A stretch of DNA of 16,257 nucleotides from a virus (taxonomy: Duplodnaviria; Heunggongvirae; Uroviricota; Caudoviricetes), in IMG/VR virus record IMGVR_UViG_2939127364_000003. The stretch is one strand, 5' to 3'. Positions 8,702 to 16,257 of this stretch are shown piece by piece. The stretch's first letter is position 1, and each line of letters starts with the position of its first letter. The position numbers were made by a program, and so were the translations under genes. The notes under the pieces are model-generated. The model saw only the letters and a program-made list of their open reading frames with translations. It ran no database searches and was not told the DNA's origin.

Positions 8702-9064
8702 CTGGAAATATGTACCGAAAAAAGAGGATTGTAACGATAGGCCGAACTATGAAATTCAGGCCTTATTCACTGCCCCGCCAGTCCCGGTTACATCAGAAGA
8801 ACTGGTTAAAGCTGTGCACTTTTATGAACAACTAAAACGCGAAAATCCACCAGCATCCGGAAACCTGATTACAGGTTCCCAGATAAGGCAATGAGCTACC
8901 TGGCGCAGAACGGGCTGATAAGTATGGGGAATGTTTTACGATGAATATTTAGACTAAAGAGTTTGTAACGCTATGTAAGTGATTTTTTCTGGTTTAGATA
9001 TTTATATGTCCGGCTAAATTGAGGTGTGTTTAAATGTTATTGCACATTGATTGTAGGGGGAATA

Positions 9065-9244
9065 ATGAAAAACGCATTGCAGTTTTTGTTTGTTGCGTTC
9101 TGGTTGTTCGCATCATGTATGCCCATCATCTTCACAGCAAGGTATATGGAAAAAGTTGATGTTTTGATATTAATATTTGGATATATAAATGCCCTTTTTT
9201 TAGGGGTGTTCATGGCGGTCATGTGCATTGAATACTGGCGGTAA
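9065..9244 (+). CDS. Small membrane protein with two predicted hydrophobic helices (59 aa)
   Basis: AGGGGG at 9055-9060 four nt before ATG 9065. MKNALQFLFVAFWLFASCMPIIFTARYMEKVDVLILIFGYINALFLGVFMAVMCIEYWR. No family recognised. Confidence 0.5.
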   Translation: MKNALQFLFVAFWLFASCMPIIFTARYMEKVDVLILIFGYINALFLGVFMAVMCIEYWR

Positions 9245-9501
9245 ATACAGCGAACTCCATTGGTTTAGTTGGATATTTACTGTGCTGGACAAAACGGTTT
9301 GCGGGGAAATCTTAGTTAAGTAGAATGACTGCGGGTGCTTGAGGCTATCTGCCTCGGGCACGAACACCAACGGCAGGTAGAGAAAAGCCCCAGTTAACAT
9401 TACGCGTCCTGCAAGACGCTTAACATTAATCTGAGGCCAATTTCATGCTAGACACATGTAGGTTAGCCTCTTACGTGCCGAAAGGCAAGGAGAAGCAGGC
9501 T

Positions 9502-9657
9502 ATGAAGCAGCAAAAGGCGATGTTAATCGCCCTGATCGTCATCTGTTTAACCGTCATAGTGACGGCACTGGTAACGAGGAAAGACCTCTGCGAGGTACGA
9601 ATCCGAACCGGCCAGACGGAGGTCGCTGTCTTCACAGCTTACGAACCTGAGGAGTAA
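9502..9657 (+). CDS. hok: Hok/Gef-family type I toxin (51 aa); a 70-aa in-frame upstream extension begins at 9445
   Basis: MKQQKAMLIALIVICLTVIVTALVTRKDLCEVRIRTGQTEVAVFTAYEPEE matches the Hok/Gef family (remembered HokD/RelF). AAGGAG 9 nt upstream. Structured 3' region and terminator follow. Confidence 0.85.
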   Translation: MKQQKAMLIALIVICLTVIVTALVTRKDLCEVRIRTGQTEVAVFTAYEPEE

Positions 9658-9726
9658 GAGACCCGGCGAGGGAGAAATCCCTCGCCACCTCTGATGTGGC
9701 AGGCATCCTCAACGCACCCGCACTTA

Positions 9727-9757
9727 ACCCGCTTCGGCGGGTTTTTGTTTTTATTTT
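9727..9757 (+). terminator. Rho-independent terminator downstream of hok
   Basis: ACCCGC-TTCG-GCGGGT stem-loop followed by TTTTTGTTTTTATTTT. Confidence 0.6.
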
Positions 9758-9876
9758 CAACGCGTTTGAAGTTCTGGACGGTGCCGGAATAGAATCAAAA
9801 ATACTTAAGTAGCGCGCAGGGATAAGAGGGATGGTCCCTTAAAGGGGAGAGCTAATTATCCGGAAGGATTCTGATG

Positions 9877-10933
9877 GGCTTTGTTGAATAAATCAGATTT
9901 CGGGTAAGTCTCCCCCGTAGCGGGTTGTGTTTTCAGGCAATACGCACGCTTTCAGGCATACCTGCTTTCGTCATTTTGTTCAGCGCTCGTACCAGGGCCA
10001 TAGCCTCCGCAACCTGACCATCGTAGTCACGCAGCGTCAGTGAACCCCCGAACAGCTGTTTTACCCGGTACATCGCCGTTTCCGCTATCGAGCGACGGTT
10101 GTAATCTGTTGTCCATTTCCACCGCGCATTACTCCCGGTCATTCGCTGATTAGCCACTGCACGGTTACGGTCTACATATTCACCGGGCCAGTAACCCGCA
10201 CCTTTTCGGGGAGGGATAAGCGCGCTGATTTTCTTACGCCGCAGTTCATCGTGACATAGCCGGGTATCGTAAGCGCCATCGGCGGCGGCTGACCTGATTT
10301 TCCGGTGGGTTTGCCGGATTAACCCGGGGAAGGCCTCTGAGTCCGTAACGTTGTTCAGCGACAGGTCAGCGCAGATGATTTCATGTGTTTTACTGTCAAC
10401 GGCGAGATGCAGCTTACGCCAGATACGGCGGCGTTCCTGGCCATGCTTTTTGACTTTCCACTCGCCTTCACCGAAGACCTTCAGCCCGGTGGAATCAATT
10501 ACCAGGTGTGCGATTTCACCCCGGGTGGGCGTTTTGAAACTGACATTAACCGACTTTGCCCGCCTGCTGACACAGCTGTAATCCGGGCAGCGTAGCGGAA
10601 CGTTCATCAGAGAAAAAATGGAATCAATAAAGCCCTGCGCAGCCCGCAGGGTCAGCCTGAATACGCGTTTAATGACCAGCACAGTAGTGATGGCAAGGTC
10701 AGAATAGCGCTGAGGTCTGCCTCGTGAAGAAGGTGTTGCTGACTCATACCAGGCCTGAATAGCTTCATCATCCAGCCAGAAAGTTATGGAGCCACGGTTG
10801 ATGAGGGCTTTATTGTAGGTGGGCCAGTTGGTGATTTTGAACTTTTGCTTTGCCACGGAACGGTCTGCGTTGTCGGGAAGATACGTGATCTGATCCTTCA
10901 ACTCAGCAAAAGTTCGATTTATTCAACAAAGCC
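9877..10933 (-). mobile_element. IS903-family insertion sequence (IS5 family), complete at 1057 bp, no target-site duplication
   Basis: 18-bp terminal inverted repeats GGCTTTGTTGAATAAATC (9877-9894) and GATTTATTCAACAAAGCC (10916-10933). Length is 1057 bp. The 9-bp flanks ATTCTGATG and CATCTAACC do not match. Confidence 0.9.
9933..10901 (-). CDS. IS903-family DDE transposase (322-aa ORF)
   Basis: [91 protein letters not shown]... matches remembered IS903/IS102 transposase. Enclosed by the matching inverted repeats. Confidence 0.9.
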   Translation of the reverse strand: MKDQITYLPDNADRSVAKQKFKITNWPTYNKALINRGSITFWLDDEAIQAWYESATPSSRGRPQRYSDLAITTVLVIKRVFRLTLRAAQGFIDSIFSLMNVPLRCPDYSCVSRRAKSVNVSFKTPTRGEIAHLVIDSTGLKVFGEGEWKVKKHGQERRRIWRKLHLAVDSKTHEIICADLSLNNVTDSEAFPGLIRQTHRKIRSAAADGAYDTRLCHDELRRKKISALIPPRKGAGYWPGEYVDRNRAVANQRMTGSNARWKWTTDYNRRSIAETAMYRVKQLFGGSLTLRDYDGQVAEAMALVRALNKMTKAGMPESVRIA

Positions 10934-10962
10934 CATCTAACCGAAAAGTTAACGGAAAAGCA

Positions 10963-12660
10963 TTGACTGCGGATATAACATTAACGCCGAAAGATATTGG
11001 TACTTTAAATTCAGTAACGATGTCTTTCTCTGGCGGGGCTGGGTGGTTCAAACTGGCTACGGTTACCATGCCACAAGCGAGTTCCATCGTTTACATCGCA
11101 TTGATTGGTGGCGCTGGTTACAACGTCGGTTCCCCACATCAGGCAGGCATTTCAGAACTGGTTCTACGAGCAGGCAATGGAAACCCCAAAGGAATTACCG
11201 GGGCTTTGTGGAAGCGTACAGCCGTCGGATTAACGAATTTCGCCTGGATCAACACATCCGGCGATACATATGATATTTACGTTGAGATTGGCAATTATGC
11301 GACGAGTGTAAATATCCATTGGGATTGTACTGCAAATGCGTCAGTTTCTGTTTATACCTCGCCAACATATTCAGCGAGTAAGCCTTCCAGCGTTACCTAT
11401 GGTGTTGTTTATACGATGTATAGCTCACATCAGAAACCTACACCATCAGATATTGGAGCACTGCCAACAACCGGAGGAACAGTTTCAGGTCCGTTGTCTG
11501 TTACAGGTGGATTAACTGGTTCATTGAATGGTAATGCAAGTACAGCCACGAAATTGCAGACGGCAAGATCTATCGGTGGAGTTGTTTTCGACGGTTCTGC
11601 AAATATTAACCTTCCAGGTGTAAACACTACGGGTAATCAGAACACCACTGGTAATGCTGCAACTGCTACAAAACTTCAGACTGCAAGAAAAATATCCGGT
11701 GTTCCATTTGATGGTTCTACTGATATCACTTTAACCGCCGCGCATGTGGCTGCTTTTGCCAGAAGGGCAACGGATACATATGCCGATGCGGATGGGGGCG
11801 TTCCCTGGAATGCCGAATCAGGCGCTTATAAGGTCACCCGCTCTGGCGACAGCTATATTCTGGTTAACTTCTATACCGGAGTCGGAAGTTGCCGGACCTT
11901 GCAGATGAAGGCGCATTACAGAAATGGTGGTCTGTTCTACCGTTCTTCAAGAGACGGTTATGGTTTTGAGGAAGACTGGGCAGAAGTTTATACCTCGAAA
12001 AATCTTCCACCAGAAAGCTACCCAGTCGGCGCACCAATCCCGTGGCCATCAGATACCGTTCCGTCTGGTTATGCCCTGATGCAGGGGCAGACTTTTGACA
12101 AATCTGCCTACCCGAAACTTGCAGCCGCTTATCCGTCAGGCGTGATCCCTGATATGCGTGGCTGGACGATTAAGGGCAAGCCCGCCAGTGGTCGTGCCGT
12201 ATTGTCTCAGGAACAGGACGGCATAAAATCGCATACCCACAGCGCCAGCGCATCCAGTACTGATTTGGGGACGAAAACCACATCGTCGTTTGATTACGGC
12301 ACTAAATCCACGAATAACACTGGTGCGCATACCCATAGTGTTAGCGGTACGGCTGCTTCAGCCGGTGCACATACCCATTCGATGGCATTTGTTTCAGGTG
12401 GTTCCAGTGGTGCTCCGGGAAGTGGATCACCTGATTATTCTAAATACAGTGTTAACACTTCTTCTGCAGGCGCTCATACGCACTCTGTATCGGGTACTGC
12501 TGCAAGCGCAGGTGCACACGCACATACTGTAGGTATTGGTGCGCATACGCACTCGGTTGCGATTGGTTCACATGGACACACCATCACCGTTAACGCTGCT
12601 GGTAACGCGGAAAACACCGTCAAAAACATCGCATTTAACTATATTGTGAGGCTTGCATAA
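10963..12660 (+). CDS. stf: Side tail fibre protein, 5'-truncated by the IS903 element (565-aa ORF with TTG as first codon)
   Basis: Two tandem phage-tail-fibre repeats ([26 protein letters not shown] and [26 protein letters not shown]), repeated GAHTHS His-x-His motifs and C-terminal [22 protein letters not shown] typical of lambda Stf / T4 gp37-type tips. The frame is open back through the IS boundary and there is no credible native start. Confidence 0.8.
   Translation: MTADITLTPKDIGTLNSVTMSFSGGAGWFKLATVTMPQASSIVYIALIGGAGYNVGSPHQAGISELVLRAGNGNPKGITGALWKRTAVGLTNFAWINTSGDTYDIYVEIGNYATSVNIHWDCTANASVSVYTSPTYSASKPSSVTYGVVYTMYSSHQKPTPSDIGALPTTGGTVSGPLSVTGGLTGSLNGNASTATKLQTARSIGGVVFDGSANINLPGVNTTGNQNTTGNAATATKLQTARKISGVPFDGSTDITLTAAHVAAFARRATDTYADADGGVPWNAESGAYKVTRSGDSYILVNFYTGVGSCRTLQMKAHYRNGGLFYRSSRDGYGFEEDWAEVYTSKNLPPESYPVGAPIPWPSDTVPSGYALMQGQTFDKSAYPKLAAAYPSGVIPDMRGWTIKGKPASGRAVLSQEQDGIKSHTHSASASSTDLGTKTTSSFDYGTKSTNNTGAHTHSVSGTAASAGAHTHSMAFVSGGSSGAPGSGSPDYSKYSVNTSSAGAHTHSVSGTAASAGAHAHTVGIGAHTHSVAIGSHGHTITVNAAGNAENTVKNIAFNYIVRLA
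11531..11730 (+). repeat. Tandem coding repeat (phage tail fibre repeat) within stf
   Basis: Two copies beginning GGTAATGC..., each encoding GNA(S/A)TATKLQTAR...FDGS..., about 120 bp apart. Confidence 0.55.
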
Positions 12661-13241
12661 TGGCATTCAGAATGAGTGAACAAGCACGGACCATAAAAAT
12701 TTATAATCTGCTGTCCGGAACTAATGAATTTATTGGTGAAGGTGATGCATATATTCCGCCTCATACAGGTCTGCCAGCAAACAGTACCGACATTGCACCG
12801 CCAGATATTCCAGCTGGCTTCGTGGCTGTTTTCAACAGTGATGAGTTATCGTGGCATCTCGTTGAAGATCATCGGGGTAAAACGGTTTATGACGTGGCTT
12901 CCGGCGACGCGTTATTTATTTCTGAACTCGGCTCATTACCGGAAAATGTCACCTGGTTATCCCCGGAAGGGGAGTTTCAGAAGTGGAACGGCACAGCCTG
13001 GGTGAAAGATGCAGAAGCAGAAAAACTATTCCGGATCCGGGAGGCGGAAGAAACAAAAAACAGCCTGATGCAGGCAGCGAATGAGCATATTGCGCCACTT
13101 CAGGATGCTGTAGATCTGGAAATCGCAACGGAGGAAGAAAACTCGTTGCTGGAAGCCTGGAAAAAGTATCGGGTGTTGCTGAACCGTGTTAATACAACAA
13201 CTGCACCGGATATTGAATGGCCAGTAGCACCTATAGGGTAA
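12660..13241 (+). CDS. tfa: Tail fibre assembly protein Tfa (193 aa)
   Basis: ATG overlaps the stf stop (TAATG). C-terminal [31 protein letters not shown] is the conserved Tfa end of lambdoid and Mu-like tail-fibre chaperones. Confidence 0.85.
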   Translation: MAFRMSEQARTIKIYNLLSGTNEFIGEGDAYIPPHTGLPANSTDIAPPDIPAGFVAVFNSDELSWHLVEDHRGKTVYDVASGDALFISELGSLPENVTWLSPEGEFQKWNGTAWVKDAEAEKLFRIREAEETKNSLMQAANEHIAPLQDAVDLEIATEEENSLLEAWKKYRVLLNRVNTTTAPDIEWPVAPIG

Positions 13242-13334
13242 ATTCGTAATGATTACCTAAATACGTTATTCTTTTGTTCAAAAAGTGATTTTGCTATAGG
13301 TAGGGAGTATGTTCTTGGATTAAGAATAAAAAAT

Positions 13335-13357
13335 CGCCATGAAAGAGCTTCATGGCG
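13335..13357 (-). terminator. Hairpin that reads as a Rho-independent terminator on the minus strand
   Basis: 9-bp perfect stem CGCCATGAA / TTCATGGCG with a 5-nt loop. On the minus strand it is followed by ATTTTTTATTCTT; on the plus strand there is no T-run. Confidence 0.35.
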
Positions 13358-13829
13358 AGTACATAAACGTACAAAATGTGATGAAAGTAGAGTGGCGTAA
13401 GCCACTATATTAAGATATGACAATAGCGAACAAAAGTAAATAACATTTTATGGACGTTTAATTGTTAATTATAAAAACTAGAGTGCCCGATATTATTTAT
13501 CTTGCTTTAAAATAATGTACTCAAACCAAATTTTTGAGCTAAAAGCTCAAATAATATAAATGCAATGATAATGTTTAATAAGACAATTAGCTTGCTTTGT
13601 ATTTTCATTTCGGAATACTGTTAAGTAACTTTGATGATCCTAACAATAGATCGGAATTTTCTTAGAGTCAATGGTCACTGTTTTTGTTTGCAAAGCAAAT
13701 GTTTTGGTGGTTATAAGTTTTCCTAATATAGTCACCTATGCAACTTGTTCCGTGTGGAGATTAAAGGTTAAAATTTAATGCGAAGATGGAATTATAATAT
13801 ATTTTTTATAATTAATTTAACCTTAACAT

Positions 13830-13927
13830 CGTTGCTGGCGGCATGGAAGAAATATCGGGTCTTGCTGATATCGTGTTGGCACTTCCTTAGTGCGGTTATC
13901 GAATGGCCAGCTGTACCTGTGGGGTAA
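13830..13927 (+). pseudogene. tfa 3'-end remnant (direct repeat copy 2)
   Basis: Encodes [31 protein letters not shown]-stop, homologous to the last residues of the intact tfa (13144-13241). Sequence immediately upstream is AT-rich and unrelated. Confidence 0.55.
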
Positions 13928-14059
13928 AAACTTTATATGGATGCTATTTTTATAATAGCTGGTAAAAACTGGCCGAACTGAAATTCACTGTTGATAAAAA
14001 AGATGTGTTTGAGTGTATGTCATTGTTTTCTTAATGGAATCCACTAGAATGCAGCGAAT

Positions 14060-14257
14060 TTAAGAAGGTGGGTTTTTATTGGAATATAAACTACAATAAT
14101 GCTCAACTCGTTCGTAGAATTGTTTTTTCTTATTTCTTGGAATGCTAACCATTATATGCATTATGGGGGCGATGCTTCCTGATAATTTACATGATGCATA
14201 CATTGAAGCAATAAATTCAATATCATTGTCATCAAAGTTAAAGCTTTCTCCGTCCAT
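14060..14257 (-). CDS. Candidate small ORF (65 aa) in the AT-rich region, weak support
   Basis: AAGGAA 5 nt upstream of the ATG. MDGESFNFDDNDIEFIASMYASCKLSGSIAPIMHIMVSIPRNKKKQFYERVEHYCSLYSNKNPPS. No family recognised, and AT-rich DNA produces such ORFs by chance. Confidence 0.25.
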   Translation of the reverse strand: MDGESFNFDDNDIEFIASMYASCKLSGSIAPIMHIMVSIPRNKKKQFYERVEHYCSLYSNKNPPS

Positions 14258-14585
14258 TTCAATTCCTTATGTGTTTGGCACAACTGATGCTGTATCCCAT
14301 GAGAATTTATGCAAGTTGTTATGTTTGATTTGATATTGCAATGATAATTGTAGCTAATTGTTTTCAATTGAGTGAAAGTTTATTTCGAGTGATTAAGTCG
14401 AAAAAAAAGATTTCTCACGGTTAGTAAGCATATTAGGTCAGTATTCAGATATGAATGGTATTAATGACTAAATTTTCAATCATATATGGATTTTTATGCT
14501 GATGAAGATGTTTTATTTGGCGATTCGTCAAGCATCTTCACTTAAGTAATCGTATATTTTAAGAGTGCAAAAGAGAAAGGGACAA

Positions 14586-14685
14586 CGTTGCTCGCACTCT
14601 GGATTAAATATAGGGTGTTGTTAAACTGCGTTGATACATAATTGTACCGGATATTGAGTGGTCTGAAGTCCCAGTCATTAAGTAA
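14586..14685 (+). pseudogene. tfa 3'-end remnant (direct repeat copy 3), frameshifted
   Basis: Encodes LLALWIKYRVLLNCVDT-stop, then in another frame IVPDIEWSEVPVIK-stop; together homologous to the Tfa C-terminus. A shorter TTAAGTAATCGT trace of the same end also occurs at 14542-14553. Confidence 0.55.
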
Positions 14686-14973
14686 TCGTTTCGTGATATG
14701 CCGCAGAAACGTTGTATGCAATAACGTTCTGCGGTTGGCTGATGCACTTTCGAGAGTGTATTGAATAATTTCAAGCCGTTATTGTTTTTACGCGTAACAC
14801 CATGAAAAGACTGCTTATCTGTTGGGGTGTTTTTTGGGGCATATATGGGACAGAAATAGGCCACAGATAGATAGTAAGATCGAACTCAGGATGCTTTTGA
14901 AAAAATGTAACTATCTGAAAAAACCTAGAAAGCGCCAAGGAAACCACAGAATGAGAAAAAACATCTGTGAATT

Positions 14974-16257
14974 ATGGATTTCCAGTTATATTCGCTCGGC
15001 GCAGCGTTAGTGTTTCATGAAATATTTTTTCCTGAATCATCAACGGCAATGGCGTTAATTCTGGCAATGGGAACCTACGGTGCAGGTTATGTGGCGCGTA
15101 TTGTCGGAGCATTTATTTTCGGCAAAATGGGCGACAGAATAGGGCGTAAAAAAGTGCTCTTTATTACCATCACCATGATGGGGATCTGTACCACCTTAAT
15201 TGGTGTGTTACCGACCTATGCACAGATTGGTGTTTTTGCACCCATCTTGCTGGTGACGTTGCGTATTATTCAGGGGTTGGGTGCAGGTGCGGAAATTTCC
15301 GGTGCCGGTACGATGCTGGCGGAATATGCGCCAAAAGGTAAGCGCGGAATTATCTCCTCATTTGTGGCTATGGGAACTAACTGCGGAACCTTGAGCGCAA
15401 CGGCAATCTGGGCCTTTATGTTCTTCATTCTCAGTAAAGAGGAACTGCTGGCGTGGGGATGGCGTATACCGTTCCTGGCGAGCGTTGTCGTGATGGTCTT
15501 TGCTATCTGGTTGCGTATGAATCTGAAAGAAAGCCCGGTCTTTGAGAAGGTTAACGACAGTAACCAACCGACAGCAAAACCTGCACCTGCTGGTAGCATG
15601 TTCCAGAGCAAATCCTTCTGGCTGGCAACAGGGCTGCGTTTTGGTCAGGCGGGTAACTCCGGGTTAATTCAGACTTTCCTTGCAGGCTATTTAGTGCAGA
15701 CGTTATTGTTTAACAAAGCAATTCCAACAGATGCATTGATGATCAGTTCGATTCTCGGCTTTATGACCATTCCGTTCCTTGGTTGGTTATCCGATAAAAT
15801 TGGTCGCCGGATCCCGTATATTATTATGAATACCTCCGCGATTGTGCTGGCATGGCCAATGCTTTCTATCATTGTAGATAAAAGCTATGCCCCGAGCACC
15901 ATTATGGTTGCACTGATTGTGATTCATAACTGTGCGGTGCTGGGATTATTTGCTCTGGAAAACATTACCATGGCAGAAATGTTCGGCTGTAAAAACCGCT
16001 TTACCCGGATGGCTATTTCTAAAGAAATTGGTGGTCTTATCGCTTCCGGTTTTGGTCCTATCCTGGCGGGTATTTTCTGCACCATGACGGAATCCTGGTA
16101 TCCGATCGCCATTATGATCATGGCATATTCAGTGATTGGTTTAATCTCTGCGCTGAAAATGCCAGAGGTGAAAGACCGTGATTTAAGTGCGCTGGAAGAC
16201 GCTGCGGAAGATCAACCGCGTGTTGTAAGAGCTGCGCAACCTTCCAGAAGTCTGTAA
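14974..16257 (+). CDS. ydfJ: MFS metabolite:H+ symporter-family transporter YdfJ, N-terminally truncated (427-aa ORF)
   Basis: Multi-helix membrane protein with the MHS signature region (GKMGDRIGRKKVLFITI ... RIIQGLGAGAEISGAGTMLAEYAPKGKRG). The ORF begins inside what aligns to helix 1 of ProP-type transporters, with an in-frame stop 3 nt upstream. Matches the remembered 427-aa K-12 YdfJ next to Qin. Confidence 0.85.
   Translation: MDFQLYSLGAALVFHEIFFPESSTAMALILAMGTYGAGYVARIVGAFIFGKMGDRIGRKKVLFITITMMGICTTLIGVLPTYAQIGVFAPILLVTLRIIQGLGAGAEISGAGTMLAEYAPKGKRGIISSFVAMGTNCGTLSATAIWAFMFFILSKEELLAWGWRIPFLASVVVMVFAIWLRMNLKESPVFEKVNDSNQPTAKPAPAGSMFQSKSFWLATGLRFGQAGNSGLIQTFLAGYLVQTLLFNKAIPTDALMISSILGFMTIPFLGWLSDKIGRRIPYIIMNTSAIVLAWPMLSIIVDKSYAPSTIMVALIVIHNCAVLGLFALENITMAEMFGCKNRFTRMAISKEIGGLIASGFGPILAGIFCTMTESWYPIAIMIMAYSVIGLISALKMPEVKDRDLSALEDAAEDQPRVVRAAQPSRSL

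Noticed and set aside
8638-8835. 65-aa basic ORF (MAISLREKKALRTFRG...)
   Set aside because: Arg/Lys-rich translation typical of an off-frame read; overlaps two other frames that look more protein-like.
10351-10595. Plus-strand ORFs 10351..10581 and 10383..10595 inside the IS903-family element
   Set aside because: Antisense to the transposase gene; shadow ORFs.
11043-13005. Short ORFs overlapping stf and tfa on either strand (11043..11273, 11430..11627, 11864..12049, 12136..12336, 12290..12532, 12724..13005)
   Set aside because: Nested within well-supported tail-fibre and Tfa coding sequence; shadow ORFs.
13507-13608. Minus-strand 33-aa hydrophobic ORF (MKIQSKLIVLLNIIIAFILFELLAQKFGLSTLF) as a type I toxin
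   Set aside because: No Shine-Dalgarno, and Ile/Leu/Phe/Lys-rich peptides are what AT-rich DNA yields in any frame; kept only as a note.
14142-14367. ORFs 14142..14333 (+) and 14161..14367 (-) in the AT-rich region
   Set aside because: No ribosome-binding sites, the minus-strand one starts at TTG, and both overlap the only ORF there that has an RBS; likely chance ORFs.
12660-14970. Pin/Gin-type invertible tail-fibre segment
   Set aside because: The extra tfa 3' ends are in direct, not inverted, orientation; no invertase gene and no recognisable gix-like crossover sequence are present.
14604-15010. ORFs 14604..14864 (-) and 14822..15010 (+) near the prophage-host junction
   Set aside because: Basic, low-complexity translations spanning a tfa remnant and the junction; no start context.
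15270-16121. Minus-strand ORFs inside ydfJ (15270..15611, 15358..15567, 15687..15872, 15924..16121)
   Set aside because: Antisense to a convincing 12-helix transporter gene; shadow ORFs.

Overview
Almost the whole window (about 1-14970) is a degraded lambdoid cryptic prophage of the Escherichia coli Qin type, followed by the truncated host transporter gene ydfJ (14974-16257), which the prophage appears to have interrupted. Gene names are assigned from remembered protein sequences, not from a database search. Leftward-transcribed genes are int, xis, a large RecE-like exonuclease (YdfE-like), ydfD, dicB, the DicF sRNA, an unrecognised 121-aa gene with a convergent 66-aa gene, ydfA and the dicA repressor; dicC diverges from dicA. 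A complete 1195-bp IS5 cuts the 3' end of the gene after dicC. Downstream lie a chain of small acidic ORFs, a small two-helix membrane protein and a hok-family toxin gene. A complete 1057-bp IS903-family element without target duplication then abuts a 5'-truncated side-tail-fibre gene and an intact tfa. No replication, lysis, head or tail genes are present. The most unusual features are (i) a roughly 1.7-kb AT-rich, ORF-poor stretch between tfa and the host junction punctuated by two further direct copies of the tfa 3' end, (ii) the unrecognised gene pair inside the dicB operon, and (iii) the small-ORF cluster after IS5. No CRISPR array, tRNA or recognisable multi-gene defence system was found.
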